Notes: a model not told the origin generated them from the sequence alone. DNA of 32,000 nucleotides from Candidatus Hadarchaeota archaeon (GCA_964514965.1 CAZETV010000001.1:360001-392000); one strand, 5' to 3'. Shown: positions 9,295 to 17,981, counted from the first letter of the stretch. A program made the numbers and translations.

Positions 9295-9663
9295 TTACTT
9301 TTTGACTGACCTAAACAAGATGAGCACGGCGACGATGGCGAGCACGAGCCCTGGAATCACTAGCGAGAGTCTTAGCGTAGCCGTCGCTAAGCCCGGTTGA
9401 ATCAACCCAAAAACCAATATTACTAACCCCAACACGAGCAGGAGCGGCATGAAAGTTATTTGCGGTGACGCCCGAAGCCAGCGCTCGATAGTGTCGCCAA
9501 TCAACCAGAAGTAACTGAGCGTAAGTACGGCCCCAACCGCGATGAACACTATATCGACTAACATGTCCTGCATCATGTAAGCTCCCTTGATCAAAAGACA
9601 GACCCCAATCACGAGGGCGACTATTGCAACGTAAGCTTTAACAGATTTCATCGTAAAGTTCAT
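9295..9663 (-). CDS. Small integral membrane protein, about 4 TM
   Basis: 122 aa with hydrophobic segments AYVAIVALVIGVCLLIKG, MLVDIVFIAVGAVLTLSYFWLIG, ITFMPLLLVLGLVILVFGLI and RLSLVIPGLVLAIVAVLILF. Confidence 0.65.
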   Translation of the reverse strand: MNFTMKSVKAYVAIVALVIGVCLLIKGAYMMQDMLVDIVFIAVGAVLTLSYFWLIGDTIERWLRASPQITFMPLLLVLGLVILVFGLIQPGLATATLRLSLVIPGLVLAIVAVLILFRSVKK

Positions 9664-9717
9664 CCTCTTCCCGAAAATCGTTGGGGTTTAACTTATTTAA
9701 AGACATATCTCCTCCTG

Positions 9718-10395
9718 ATGGGAATGCGGGTAGCTGTTCTCTGTTCGGGAGGGAAAGACTCAAGCCTTGCGCTCTGGCTTGCGCAGCAGCGGGGGCATGA
9801 AATTGTGCATATAGTTGCGATGATTCCCAAGCGGGAGGACTCCTGGATGTTCCACTTCCCCAACATTCAGCTTATTGACCTGTTTGCCGAATGCGCAGGT
9901 TTGCTCCTCATCAAAACCGAGACGAGCGGCGAGCGCGAGCAGGAGCTTGAGGATTTGAAGCGAACTCTCAGCGAGCTCAAAATTGAAGGTGTGGTGAGCG
10001 GCGCAATTGCCTCGAACTATCAAAAAAGCCGCATCGACCGCATCTGCGAGGAACTCAATCTCAAATCGATAGCACCGCTTTGGGGCCGCGCGCCAATCGA
10101 GCTACTCAGCGATATGTTGAATGCTAAGTTTGACATCCTCATCACGAGCGTGGCCGCCGAAGGGTTTGACGAGAGTTGGCTGGGCAGAAAAATCGACGAA
10201 AGATGTCTAGAAGATTTGAAAAAGCTACACGCTAAGTTCAAGATAAACATCTCGGCAGAAGGAGGCGAATATGAGTCACTTGTGCTTGACGCTCCTTTTT
10301 TCAAAAAACGAATCGAAGTAGTGGAGGCCGAGCGCATCTGGCGGGGAATCAACGGATATCTGCGGATCAAAAATGCAAAGCTTGTTGAGAAGTGA
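9718..10395 (+). CDS. dph6: Diphthine--ammonia ligase (Dph6/ATPBD4 family)
   Basis: PP-loop motif VLCSGGKDSSLALWLAQQRG, plus ETSGEREQELEDLKRTL, EGVVSGAIASNYQKSRIDRICEELNLKSIAPLWGR and NISAEGGEYESLVLDAPFFKKRIE. Confidence 0.93.
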   Translation: MGMRVAVLCSGGKDSSLALWLAQQRGHEIVHIVAMIPKREDSWMFHFPNIQLIDLFAECAGLLLIKTETSGEREQELEDLKRTLSELKIEGVVSGAIASNYQKSRIDRICEELNLKSIAPLWGRAPIELLSDMLNAKFDILITSVAAEGFDESWLGRKIDERCLEDLKKLHAKFKINISAEGGEYESLVLDAPFFKKRIEVVEAERIWRGINGYLRIKNAKLVEK

Positions 10396-10396
10396 T

Positions 10397-11425
10397 GGGA
10401 TGACGACAACCCTCGTTTATTCAAAAAAATATCTAGAACACAAGCCAGAAGAGGGGCACCCAGAGCGACCCGAGCGTTTGAAGGCTATCGTGAACGCGCT
10501 GAAGCGGGAGAAACTCTGGGAAACACCGAAGGTAAAGGTGGTCGAGCCCAGACCCGCAAAACGTGAGGATATCGAGCTCGTTCACGATCCGAACCACATC
10601 GAACTCGTCGAACGCTTGAGCAAGTCTGAGACACCGCTCGATGGGGATACTCCCGTGCGCAAGAACACCTATGAGCTGGCGCTGCTAGCCGCAGGCGGGA
10701 CGATCGATGCAGGGCGCCTAGTACTATCTGGAGATACGAATGCATTTGCACTGATCAGGCCCCCAGGGCATCACGCTATGAAAGCGCGAGGTGGTGGGTT
10801 CTGTTATTTCAATAACCTCGCGGTGATGATCGAGCGCCTAAAGCGAGAGTTCAAGCTCAGGCGAATATTCGTCTTGGACTTCGACGCCCACCACGGCAAC
10901 GGGATACAGGATATTTTCTATAATGACCCGAGCGTACTCTACATGTCACTGCACCAAGACCCGCTGACAATTTACCCTGGAACTGGCTTCATCGAAGAAG
11001 TAGGCTCGGGCGAAGGGGAGGGCTACACAGTCAACGTGCCTCTACCACTCGGGAGCGGCGATGTTGAGTACATGGGTGCGATGAAGGAAATTTTCGTGCC
11101 GCTCACCGAGCAGTTCGAGCCGGAACTTTTTGCTGTTTCCGCCGGGTTCGATGCATATGTTGATGACCCACTCACACAGCTGCGGTTATCAACGCTCGCT
11201 TATGGGTGGCTTACACGCTTTGTCGTCGAGCAAGCTGAGGGGTTGTGTAAAGGTAGAGTGGTGTTTGCGCTTGAAGGTGGCTACATGCTTGATGGTTTGG
11301 TGGCGGGAGTAGTAAATGTCGTGAAAAATCTGACCGGCGAAAAAACCTCAATAGATACAGAACCTCGTTGCCCTAGCATTATCGATGAGCTCAAGAGTGT
11401 GCTCGCGAGCTATTGGAAAATTTAA
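10397..11425 (+). CDS. Histone deacetylase family protein (arginase-fold deacetylase)
   Basis: Motifs HPERPERLKAIVNALK, ALIRPPGHHAMKARGGGFCYFNNLAVMI, VLDFDAHHGNGIQDIFYNDPSVLYMSLHQ, FAVSAGFDAYVDDPL and FALEGGYML. Start near the ATG following GAAGTGATGGG; the ORF track starts at 10373. Confidence 0.93.
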   Translation, partial: GMTTTLVYSKKYLEHKPEEGHPERPERLKAIVNALKREKLWETPKVKVVEPRPAKREDIELVHDPNHIELVERLSKSETPLDGDTPVRKNTYELALLAAGGTIDAGRLVLSGDTNAFALIRPPGHHAMKARGGGFCYFNNLAVMIERLKREFKLRRIFVLDFDAHHGNGIQDIFYNDPSVLYMSLHQDPLTIYPGTGFIEEVGSGEGEGYTVNVPLPLGSGDVEYMGAMKEIFVPLTEQFEPELFAVSAGFDAYVDDPLTQLRLSTLAYGWLTRFVVEQAEGLCKGRVVFALEGGYMLDGLVAGVVNVVKNLTGEKTSIDTEPRCPSIIDELKSVLASYWKI

Positions 11426-11479
11426 AGCTCCACATTACTAAAGTCGCGCCTCTCGTGACTCCTACACCCGATCTATAAG

Positions 11480-11740
11480 TTGTGGCGGGCCCGGCGGTCG
11501 CGTGCAAAAATACCCGGGACCAAGCCCCGTCGCGCTCGGGGAGTATGAGGGCATTTGAACCCGCCCCTGCCACACATTCGCGTGCCAGCGCGATTCATTA
11601 CGCCGCCGTTGACCTTTCGCCACCATCTGTGCCTGCTGATGTGGTTTGATGGATACCCCCACCCAAAAGCTCGCGCCTTCTGGAAACCGCGCCAGTAGAT
11701 TGCGCGATCCCTTTGGATGAACCACAAAAACATTTCCATG
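11480..11740 (-). ncRNA. Candidate structured non-coding RNA of unassigned family (strand tentative)
   Basis: GC-rich island inside AT-rich intergenic DNA with several perfect hairpins: 11525-11529/11537-11541 (CCCCG/CGGGG), 11578-11582/11589-11593 (TCGCG/CGCGA), 11671-11676/11702-11707 (TCGCGC/GCGCGA) nested with 11680-11683/11692-11695 (CTGG/CCAG), and a closing helix 11482-11489/11566-11573 (GTGGCGGG/CCTGCCAC with one G-U). A TATA-like TTATTTATATG lies just upstream on the minus strand (about 11747..11757). Confidence 0.4.
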
Positions 11741-11829
11741 TACAATCATATAAATAACACGTTTGACACGGTTTAACTTTCTTAACGTGTCTTTATTATA
11801 TATTTACTAGGGAGCCCATAAATAGGAAA

Positions 11830-12000
11830 GTGCTGAGCAAAAAAGCCAAGAAACTAGTACACTGGCACGATAATTATGTCGTGTTTGTGACGCCTGAAGC
11901 CAAGGCGCTAAAGTGGGACGACAATACAATAGTGAAAGTTTTTGTTGTTGAAGAAAAAGGCAAACAAAAAATTGTCATCGAAAAGGGGATGGCGCTTTAA
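11830..12000 (+). CDS. Small protein, 56 aa, possibly AbrB-like
   Basis: Below the ORF-track cutoff. My translation from GTG: MLSKKAKKLVHWHDNYVVFVTPEAKALKWDDNTIVKVFVVEEKGKQKIVIEKGMAL*. Preceded by an AT-rich TATA-like tract (TTATTATATATTTAC). Confidence 0.45.
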   Translation: MLSKKAKKLVHWHDNYVVFVTPEAKALKWDDNTIVKVFVVEEKGKQKIVIEKGMAL

Positions 12001-12148
12001 TTTCCATTTCCTTGGCTTGTCTGTCACGTGCGAGTGTAAAGTTGAAGGACAGAAGTAGACAAACGAGTGTCATGTACGCTATTATTCAATCTAAAATGAG
12101 AAAGCGCTAGACATTTAACGCCAGATATAAACTGGTGTTCGGGAGCAG

Positions 12149-13534
12149 ATGGACGAAATTTTAAAATTGGTTCTACGGCGAGTAAAACCGACCCTATCCG
12201 ACCGAAAGCGCCTCGCGCAGGTGGCGGCCGAACTCATCGGGCAGACAAATGCAGCCTGCTCGAAACTCAACATTGATGCAAAAGCGATACTCGTGGGCTC
12301 AGCTGCGCGCGACACTTGGCTTCGCTCCGAGCGTGACATCGATGTTTTCATCCTTTTTCCTGAAGAACTCCCGCGGAAGGAACTCGAGCGCCAAGGACTA
12401 GCGGTAGCGCGGAAGGTAGCCGGCGCCAAGGGAAAGGAGCAGTACGCCGAGCACCCTTACGTGACAACGAAGTTCAAGGAATTCGATGTCGACCTAGTGC
12501 CATGCTACGATGTCGCCAAACCGAGTGAAATCAAAAGTGCAGTCGATCGCTCGCCCCACCACCAGCGCTACATCACCGGACACTTGACCCCAGAACTTGC
12601 CGACGAGGTACTGCTGACGAAACAATTCATGCTCGGAGTTGGTTGCTATGGCTCGGAACTGAAGGTACAGGGCTTCTCAGGATACCTCTGCGAACTCCTC
12701 CTGTTACACTATGGATCATTTGAAAAGTTAGTGGAAGGCGCGAGCGGTTGGAAGCCAAACACGGTCATCAACCCCAAACACAGTTACCCAGACCCCTTGG
12801 AAGCCAAGAGGATGTTTGAGGAGCAACCGATCATCGTCATAGATCCAGTCGACGCAAGCCGGAACGTGGGCGCCGCGGTCTCGATGCAGAATTTCGCCAC
12901 TTTCGTCCGCGCCTGTCAAGATTTTACAATCAGGCCGAGCAAGCTATTTTTCTTCCCGAGACCGGTACGAATGCTGAGCACGCGGCAGATTCAGGCGACT
13001 TTGGAGAATAGGGGGACTGCCTTGTTCTGCGTCACTTTCTCCCCGCCCGATGTCGTTCCAGATGTGCTCTATCCTCAGCTCCGGAAAGCTGAGCGAACTC
13101 TTGTAACGCGGCTAGCGCGGACGGGGTTTGAGGTGATACGAAGCGATGTGTGGTCGAATTCTCGAGCTCTCATCCTGGTTGAGCTGACGACGAAGAAGCT
13201 TCCCAAGATTCGGACCCACATTGGACCACCGGTTTCGATTGAAGTCAAGGATTTCATCCAAACCCATTTTAAATCAAAACAAAAATTCGCTGGCCCATTC
13301 ACGAATGTGGCGGGAAGACTAGTCTTCGAACTCGAGCGCGAGTGGTCAAACGCGGAGGAAGTACTTGAGCAAGCGTTAAAGGAACGTGCAACCCTCGGCA
13401 GGCACGTGGGTGAAGCAATCGCAAAGGGATATCAGATTTACAAAGGAAAAAATATCATACAACTCTGTGAGGATGAAAAAGTTCGCGCGTTTATCTCCGA
13501 ATATTTAACGCGCTGCTTGCCTTGGTATCGGTAG
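12149..13534 (+). CDS. cca: Archaeal class I CCA-adding enzyme (tRNA nucleotidyltransferase)
   Basis: ILVGSAARDTWLRSERDIDVFILFP nucleotidyltransferase motif, FDVDLVPCYDV, EVLLTKQFMLGVGCYGSELKVQGFSGYLCELLLLHYGSF and DPVDASRNVGAAVS. Confidence 0.95.
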   Translation: MDEILKLVLRRVKPTLSDRKRLAQVAAELIGQTNAACSKLNIDAKAILVGSAARDTWLRSERDIDVFILFPEELPRKELERQGLAVARKVAGAKGKEQYAEHPYVTTKFKEFDVDLVPCYDVAKPSEIKSAVDRSPHHQRYITGHLTPELADEVLLTKQFMLGVGCYGSELKVQGFSGYLCELLLLHYGSFEKLVEGASGWKPNTVINPKHSYPDPLEAKRMFEEQPIIVIDPVDASRNVGAAVSMQNFATFVRACQDFTIRPSKLFFFPRPVRMLSTRQIQATLENRGTALFCVTFSPPDVVPDVLYPQLRKAERTLVTRLARTGFEVIRSDVWSNSRALILVELTTKKLPKIRTHIGPPVSIEVKDFIQTHFKSKQKFAGPFTNVAGRLVFELEREWSNAEEVLEQALKERATLGRHVGEAIAKGYQIYKGKNIIQLCEDEKVRAFISEYLTRCLPWYR

Positions 13535-13803
13535 CACAAAGAAATTAAGTCTATTCATTTTAGCACATTAACCCAGCATTTTAAAGCATGCAATCATCAA
13601 GTTTTTCGATACACAAAATCCACCGAATCATGAAAAACCCAGCATTAAATTTTGATGATGTCTTGTTTCTTTTAGAATGAACAATCGCGTAGCGACACAA
13701 GAATCGAATGTCTTCTAATTCCCAGTAAATTATAGCTTTTTAATCAGCAGTGCGGAAATTTTAATCCACCCTACCTATTTTTTGACGGAAATTAACACCC
13801 TGG

Positions 13804-14115
13804 GTGAGAATTGAGATGATTTTCAGCAAATCTTTCAAGCGTGCCGTTAAAAAAGCTACCAAGGTTGTCATCGTGTTGATTACCTTGATTTTTATCCAAG
13901 CAATTATATTTTGGTTGTTTGAGGGGGCGGAAAATCCCCTTGCCAGCGACCCTTTTGAAGCTTTCTGGTTTATGATCATCTATCTGGTGAGCGGGGCCGA
14001 GATAATACCCGCGACCACAGCAGGACGCATTATCTGCACGTTAGCCGTCGTGGAGGGACTAGCTATCCTCTCGATATTTATTGCTGCTGTTGTCAGTTAT
14101 ATCGTCAAAGGATGA
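13804..14115 (+). CDS. 2-TM ion-channel pore module (MthK/Kch-like) with degenerate selectivity filter; ends at an in-frame TGA
   Basis: TM1 VVIVLITLIFIQAIIFWLF; P-loop and filter region DPFEAFWFMIIYLVSGAEIIPATTAGRI; TM2 IICTLAVVEGLAILSIFIAAVVSYIV. The pattern matches FWW..[14 protein letters not shown]..GR of K+ channels, except the TVGYGD filter. Confidence 0.8.
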   Translation: MRIEMIFSKSFKRAVKKATKVVIVLITLIFIQAIIFWLFEGAENPLASDPFEAFWFMIIYLVSGAEIIPATTAGRIICTLAVVEGLAILSIFIAAVVSYIVKG

Positions 14116-14814
14116 ACCATCACGAAGGGTAAAAAATTTAAGAACCACATTATCATTTGCGGCCCGGCCGAAAAGGCAAGGCGGATAATCGCTCAACTAA
14201 AGTCTCCAGATATCAAGACCAAGCACCTGATAGTTTACCTCGCTAATGTCTCGAAAAATCCCCTCCCCGAAGAGGATATCGATTTTGTCTCGGGCGACCC
14301 GACCAAGGATGAAGACATGAAGAAAGCTGGTGTTATGTCGGCCTATGGGGCTATAATTTTGGCCGATGAAAAGTCAGATAATCCGGATGCTCAGGTCATT
14401 CTTACCACTCTAACCGTCGAGAGTTTGAACAGAGATGTCTATACCTGTGTGGAGGTACTCGACCCAGAAAACGAGCGGCATTTGAAGAAAGCAAAAGTCG
14501 ATGAGGTCATTTGCCCAGCTCGATTTGGAGAGTATTTGATTCTGCAGTCATCGGTCAGTCATGGTATGGCTAAGATGTTCTCCTCGCTTTTGACATTTGG
14601 AGAAGGGGACGAAATCTATAGGGTTCCTTTACCAGATGGATATATCAATAAAAATTTCAAAACTGCCTTTCTCGACTTAGGAAAGGAAAAAGACATCATT
14701 TTAGTAGCCGTAGAGAGGGAGGGAGGAATAAAGATTAACCCAAAGGGTGAATTTAAACTTAAGAAAAGCGATTTCCTTTTCGTCATCTCAGAAAAAGAGC
14801 CGATCTTTGAATAA
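14116..14814 (+). CDS. RCK (TrkA-N + TrkA-C) regulatory module of the same channel, continuing in frame after TGA 14113..14115
   Basis: Same frame as 13804..14115. The translation after the TGA is TITKGKKFKNHIIICGPAEKARRIIAQLKSPDIKTKHLIVYLANVSKNPLPEEDIDFVSGDPTKDEDMKKAGVMSAYGAIILADEKSDNPDAQVILTTLTVESLN, an MthK-like RCK Rossmann fold. The ORF track lists only 14317..14814, from an internal ATG. Confidence 0.8.
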   Translation, partial: TITKGKKFKNHIIICGPAEKARRIIAQLKSPDIKTKHLIVYLANVSKNPLPEEDIDFVSGDPTKDEDMKKAGVMSAYGAIILADEKSDNPDAQVILTTLTVESLNRDVYTCVEVLDPENERHLKKAKVDEVICPARFGEYLILQSSVSHGMAKMFSSLLTFGEGDEIYRVPLPDGYINKNFKTAFLDLGKEKDIILVAVEREGGIKINPKGEFKLKKSDFLFVISEKEPIFE

Positions 14815-14831
14815 CGCTTCAAATTTTTTGG

Positions 14832-15395
14832 TTAGAATTCTACCCGCGCAAGCGTACTGTAAATTGGCCCTCTTGGCGTTAGCTTACTTTGCTTTAATTC
14901 GACTGCTTGAGCACGCGTCATCCCAAACTCTGCATCGGCCATTTCTTTGACGAATGCCGCTAGCCGCTCCTTCTGTTTAGCTGTTTTGACCCGAGCAATT
15001 GTTAGGTGAGGAACGAAATCTTGCTCCGAACGGAACCCCAGTGGCCTCAACTCGCGGTCTATCCCTTGCTGGAAACCTATGACTCTATCACTTCCCTCGA
15101 CCACACCTGCCCACACGACCCGGATGTAGCGCAGGTTCGGGAAGACACCTATTCCCTTAACTCCGATATCGAATTGCCCTGTTCCAGCGGCGGCCTTTTT
15201 CAACGTCTCGGTTATCGCGCCAATCTTGTCTTCGGGAACCTCCCCGAGGAACTTCATCGTCACGTGGATGTTGGGTAGTTCTACGAGCTTAAGCTGCGCC
15301 CCCGTTGTCCAAAGTTGATCTTGGGCTACCGACAGTTTTTGTCTGACCGCCTCGTCGATATCAATTCCGATGAAAGCTCGCACCATTTGGACCAC
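14832..15395 (-). CDS. thpR: RNA 2',3'-cyclic phosphodiesterase (ThpR/LigT family)
   Basis: RAFIGIDIDEAVRQKL plus the two H-x-T/S motifs NIHVTMKFLGEV and FVPHLTIARVK. Confidence 0.92.
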   Translation of the reverse strand: MVQMVRAFIGIDIDEAVRQKLSVAQDQLWTTGAQLKLVELPNIHVTMKFLGEVPEDKIGAITETLKKAAAGTGQFDIGVKGIGVFPNLRYIRVVWAGVVEGSDRVIGFQQGIDRELRPLGFRSEQDFVPHLTIARVKTAKQKERLAAFVKEMADAEFGMTRAQAVELKQSKLTPRGPIYSTLARVEF

Positions 15396-15737
15396 CTAGC
15401 ATGTGACGTGAAATGCGCCGGCTACCCTGCGCCCCGCATCTGCAGCCTCGTTGTATTGTTTGAGAGCGTTGGGCGTGATGTCATCGATTATCTTAACCCC
15501 TTGTTTCACCGCTAACTCTGCAACTTCTTTGTCAACTCGGACGCAACCTGACTGACCAGTTCCAACTATGACCAACTCCGGCTTCCCCTTGAGCAGGAAG
15601 TCGAACTCGTTAAGCGTGAACTCATGGTTTCGATCCCGTCGTCTAATCGAACCATCAGCTAAAACCCAAACATCGTGAGAGTAGTGCTTGCCCTCCACGG
15701 TTATTCCCCCGAAGCTCGTCCCCTCAATGTGAACCAT
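15396..15737 (-). CDS. Mth938/NDUFAF3 family protein (DUF498)
   Basis: 113 aa: GTSFGGITVEGKHYSHDVWVLADGSIRRRD..., ELVIVGTGQSGCVRVDKEVAELAVKQGVKIIDDITPNALKQYN. Confidence 0.85.
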   Translation of the reverse strand: MVHIEGTSFGGITVEGKHYSHDVWVLADGSIRRRDRNHEFTLNEFDFLLKGKPELVIVGTGQSGCVRVDKEVAELAVKQGVKIIDDITPNALKQYNEAADAGRRVAGAFHVTC

Positions 15738-15747
15738 TCAACCCCCT

Positions 15748-16494
15748 TCATAACTTTTGATTTTCAAATTTAACAACTTTTGGCAGGCCACGAACGCTCT
15801 CGATGATAGCGTCTGGGCCGTACTTTTCTAATAGTTCCCGCCGCATCAGGCCCGTCAACACAGCGACTGTCCGTGCACCTATGATTTTTCCGTCCCTCAC
15901 ATCGTTCCAGTAATCACCCACGACCACACAGTCCCTAGGGTCAACTCCAAGCTTTTCGGCCGCGAGCTTCAATATCTCGACCTTGGAGAAGTGATGCTGC
16001 TCATCTAAATCTTTAATAGCGTCATCCCCAGTAACGATCGCCTTCACAAATTTGTCAAGCCCAAAACTCGCCAGCTCCTCTTTTATTTGGGTCGATGGGG
16101 CAACGCAACTTGTGATAACTGCAATGGGAACTCCCGCATCTTGAAGCTTTTGGAAAACTTCCCTCACGCCCGGAATCAGCTTGTTGCCTGGGTCGCCCGC
16201 TCGATATCTTCGCAAAAACTCGAGCCAGAATTCATGCAGCTTCCGTTCTCGTTCTTTATTGAACGCTGCAGTAATTACGTCATCAAGCGTGTCCGCAACA
16301 TAATATTTGAAGAACTCATCCCACCCCAGTGGTTTATCCCTACGCTCTCCGAGCAGTTGATTGAAGACATCATAAAATCGTTTGAGCGTGTCGACCAGTG
16401 TGCAATCGTAATCAAATATAACCGCTTTTGCTGTAATCATGAATTTTCCCCTTACAAGTACATCCTCTGCAGGCTTATCTTTTCTCGGCTTCAT
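15748..16494 (-). CDS. HAD superfamily hydrolase (phosphoglycolate phosphatase-like)
   Basis: VIFDYDCTLVDTLKRFYDVFNQLLG (motif I), VAVITSC (motif II), DPRDCVVVGDYWNDVRDGKIIGARTVAVLTG (motif IV). Confidence 0.88.
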   Translation of the reverse strand: MKPRKDKPAEDVLVRGKFMITAKAVIFDYDCTLVDTLKRFYDVFNQLLGERRDKPLGWDEFFKYYVADTLDDVITAAFNKERERKLHEFWLEFLRRYRAGDPGNKLIPGVREVFQKLQDAGVPIAVITSCVAPSTQIKEELASFGLDKFVKAIVTGDDAIKDLDEQHHFSKVEILKLAAEKLGVDPRDCVVVGDYWNDVRDGKIIGARTVAVLTGLMRRELLEKYGPDAIIESVRGLPKVVKFENQKL

Positions 16495-16673
16495 TTAAAA
16501 GACCCATGAAGATGTTTTTTAGATGATTGAAATTTGGATTCAACTTTTGCTGTGGAGTCACATTCTAACACTGCTTTAACCACACCAATCTGATCGAGCT
16601 TGAGTTTTCTTGAGACCTTATTATTGGAAATGTTGAATTTTTATCCGCAGCGCGCAAAGTAAAAAAAGAGAGA

Positions 16674-17330
16674 ATGAAAGCAGTTTGTTTGATTTCCGGC
16701 GGAATCGATAGCGCCACGGCGGCGGCGATAGCGAAGCGTGAAGGCTACGAACTTTATTGTCTTTCTTTCAACTACGGACAAATTGCGACCAATGAAATCG
16801 AAAGCGCCAAAAAAATCGCTGAGGCGCTGGGTGCCAAAGAGCACCGCGTTGTCGACATATCATTTCTGAAGCAGCTTTACGGTCCTGGTGCCACTGTGCT
16901 TCTCGATGCGCAAATGCCAATGCCTGAAAAGTTCGAGCAAAGTATAATCGTGCCATTTAGAAATGGTGTCCTGCTCTCCATTGCTGCCGGGTATGCAGCT
17001 ACTATAGGAGCAGAAGTAATTTTTTATGGCGCGCAAGGGAACGATGCACCATTTTATCCAGACTGCAGACAAGAGTTTGTCTCTGCCATCGCGCAGGCGA
17101 TATCGCTCGGCACCGAATCCAAGCTCACTGTAAGAACACCTCTAACAGACAAAAAAAAAGCCGAAGTGATAAAGCTGGCCGTTGAGTTTGGGATCCCTCT
17201 TGAAATTACATGGAGCTGCTACTTGAACCGCGAATTTCACTGTGGGCGCTGTGAGTCATGTCAGAACAGAAAGCGCGCGTTCGAAGAGGCGGGCATTAAA
17301 GACCCGACGATTTATGCCAAGGCTCCATAG
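16674..17330 (+). CDS. queC: 7-cyano-7-deazaguanine synthase (QueC)
   Basis: CLISGGIDSATAAAIAKREGYELYCLSFNYGQ PP-loop, VPFRNGVLLSIAAGYA, DCRQEFV and a C-terminal zinc cluster CYLNREFHCGRCESCQNRKRAFEEAGIKDPTIYA. Confidence 0.95.
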   Translation: MKAVCLISGGIDSATAAAIAKREGYELYCLSFNYGQIATNEIESAKKIAEALGAKEHRVVDISFLKQLYGPGATVLLDAQMPMPEKFEQSIIVPFRNGVLLSIAAGYAATIGAEVIFYGAQGNDAPFYPDCRQEFVSAIAQAISLGTESKLTVRTPLTDKKKAEVIKLAVEFGIPLEITWSCYLNREFHCGRCESCQNRKRAFEEAGIKDPTIYAKAP

Positions 17331-17393
17331 GTAAAACAATCAACGTGACCATTAGGATATCCACAAGTATCTTATCGTCTTAGCGAGTTTATC

Positions 17394-17825
17394 CTATTTT
17401 TCAAACTCCCACAACGCCAAGCCAGTTGGTTGGTCGTATTCCCGTTCGAGTTTTTTACCAATCAATTCTTGAAGATGAAGTTCGGCCGCAAAAACCGTTG
17501 CATTTATCATGTGCCCTGCATAGGTCTTGCCTTTTTCGTCGGCGAGCACGGCATGAACATGCACAAATGGTTCGTCGCCCTTAAGGGATAGGTTACCGAA
17601 GCAACTCGCAATCTCCAAGGGCTTGTCGAGTTTAATTTGTTGGTACTCGTGCTTCACTTGGTCGTAGCAAGCCAGTTTCGCCTGCTTGACTGCACCGACC
17701 ACGGTAAAGACCGCCATCTTGACTCGTTTCTTCTTTACAAAATTTACGACCGACTGCACAAAAGCTGAATTATGCTCAAGCCTACACAAGAAAAACCTGC
17801 CTAGCTTATAGCTTTCTGATTGCAC
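17394..17825 (-). CDS. PPC/DUF296 domain protein
   Basis: GRFFLCRLEHNSAFVQSVVNFVKKKRVKMAVFTVVGAVKQAKLACYD..., GDEPFVHVHAVLADEKGKTYAGHMINATVFAAELHLQELIG. Confidence 0.88.
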   Translation of the reverse strand: MQSESYKLGRFFLCRLEHNSAFVQSVVNFVKKKRVKMAVFTVVGAVKQAKLACYDQVKHEYQQIKLDKPLEIASCFGNLSLKGDEPFVHVHAVLADEKGKTYAGHMINATVFAAELHLQELIGKKLEREYDQPTGLALWEFEK

Positions 17826-17981
17826 ATTTACCCCAACCTATATCTGTGCAAAGACTTAAGTTATTTCCACATTCGAATAGACGCGCGCAAACGTTTTTCG
17901 ACTATATTTGGATTCTGCGCTCAGCACTTTGCCACACCAAAAATCTCTTTGGCTAATGTAGACAATTTCTTGCGGGATTAA

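Noticed and set aside
11540-11580. T-loop-like GGGTTCAAATGCCC on the minus strand, suggesting a tRNA or permuted tRNA
   Set aside because: The base after TTCAAAT is G rather than the C61 required to pair with G53, and no D-arm or anticodon arm fits on either side. Left as part of an unassigned structured RNA candidate.
11462-11749. Overlapping minus-strand ORFs of 95 and 90 aa
   Set aside because: Two overlapping frames with Pro/Arg/Gly-rich, low-complexity-like translations in a hairpin-rich GC island. Neither looks like a real protein.
13804-14814. TGA 14113..14115 as a selenocysteine codon
   Set aside because: It lies in a variable linker, not at a catalytic cysteine position, and I can identify no SECIS element or selenoprotein context. 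Mutation, sequencing error or readthrough is more plausible.
14317-14814. ORF-track start at 14317 for the RCK protein
   Set aside because: The same frame is open back to the TGA at 14113, with clear RCK homology including the Rossmann motif, so an ATG at 14317 would truncate the fold.
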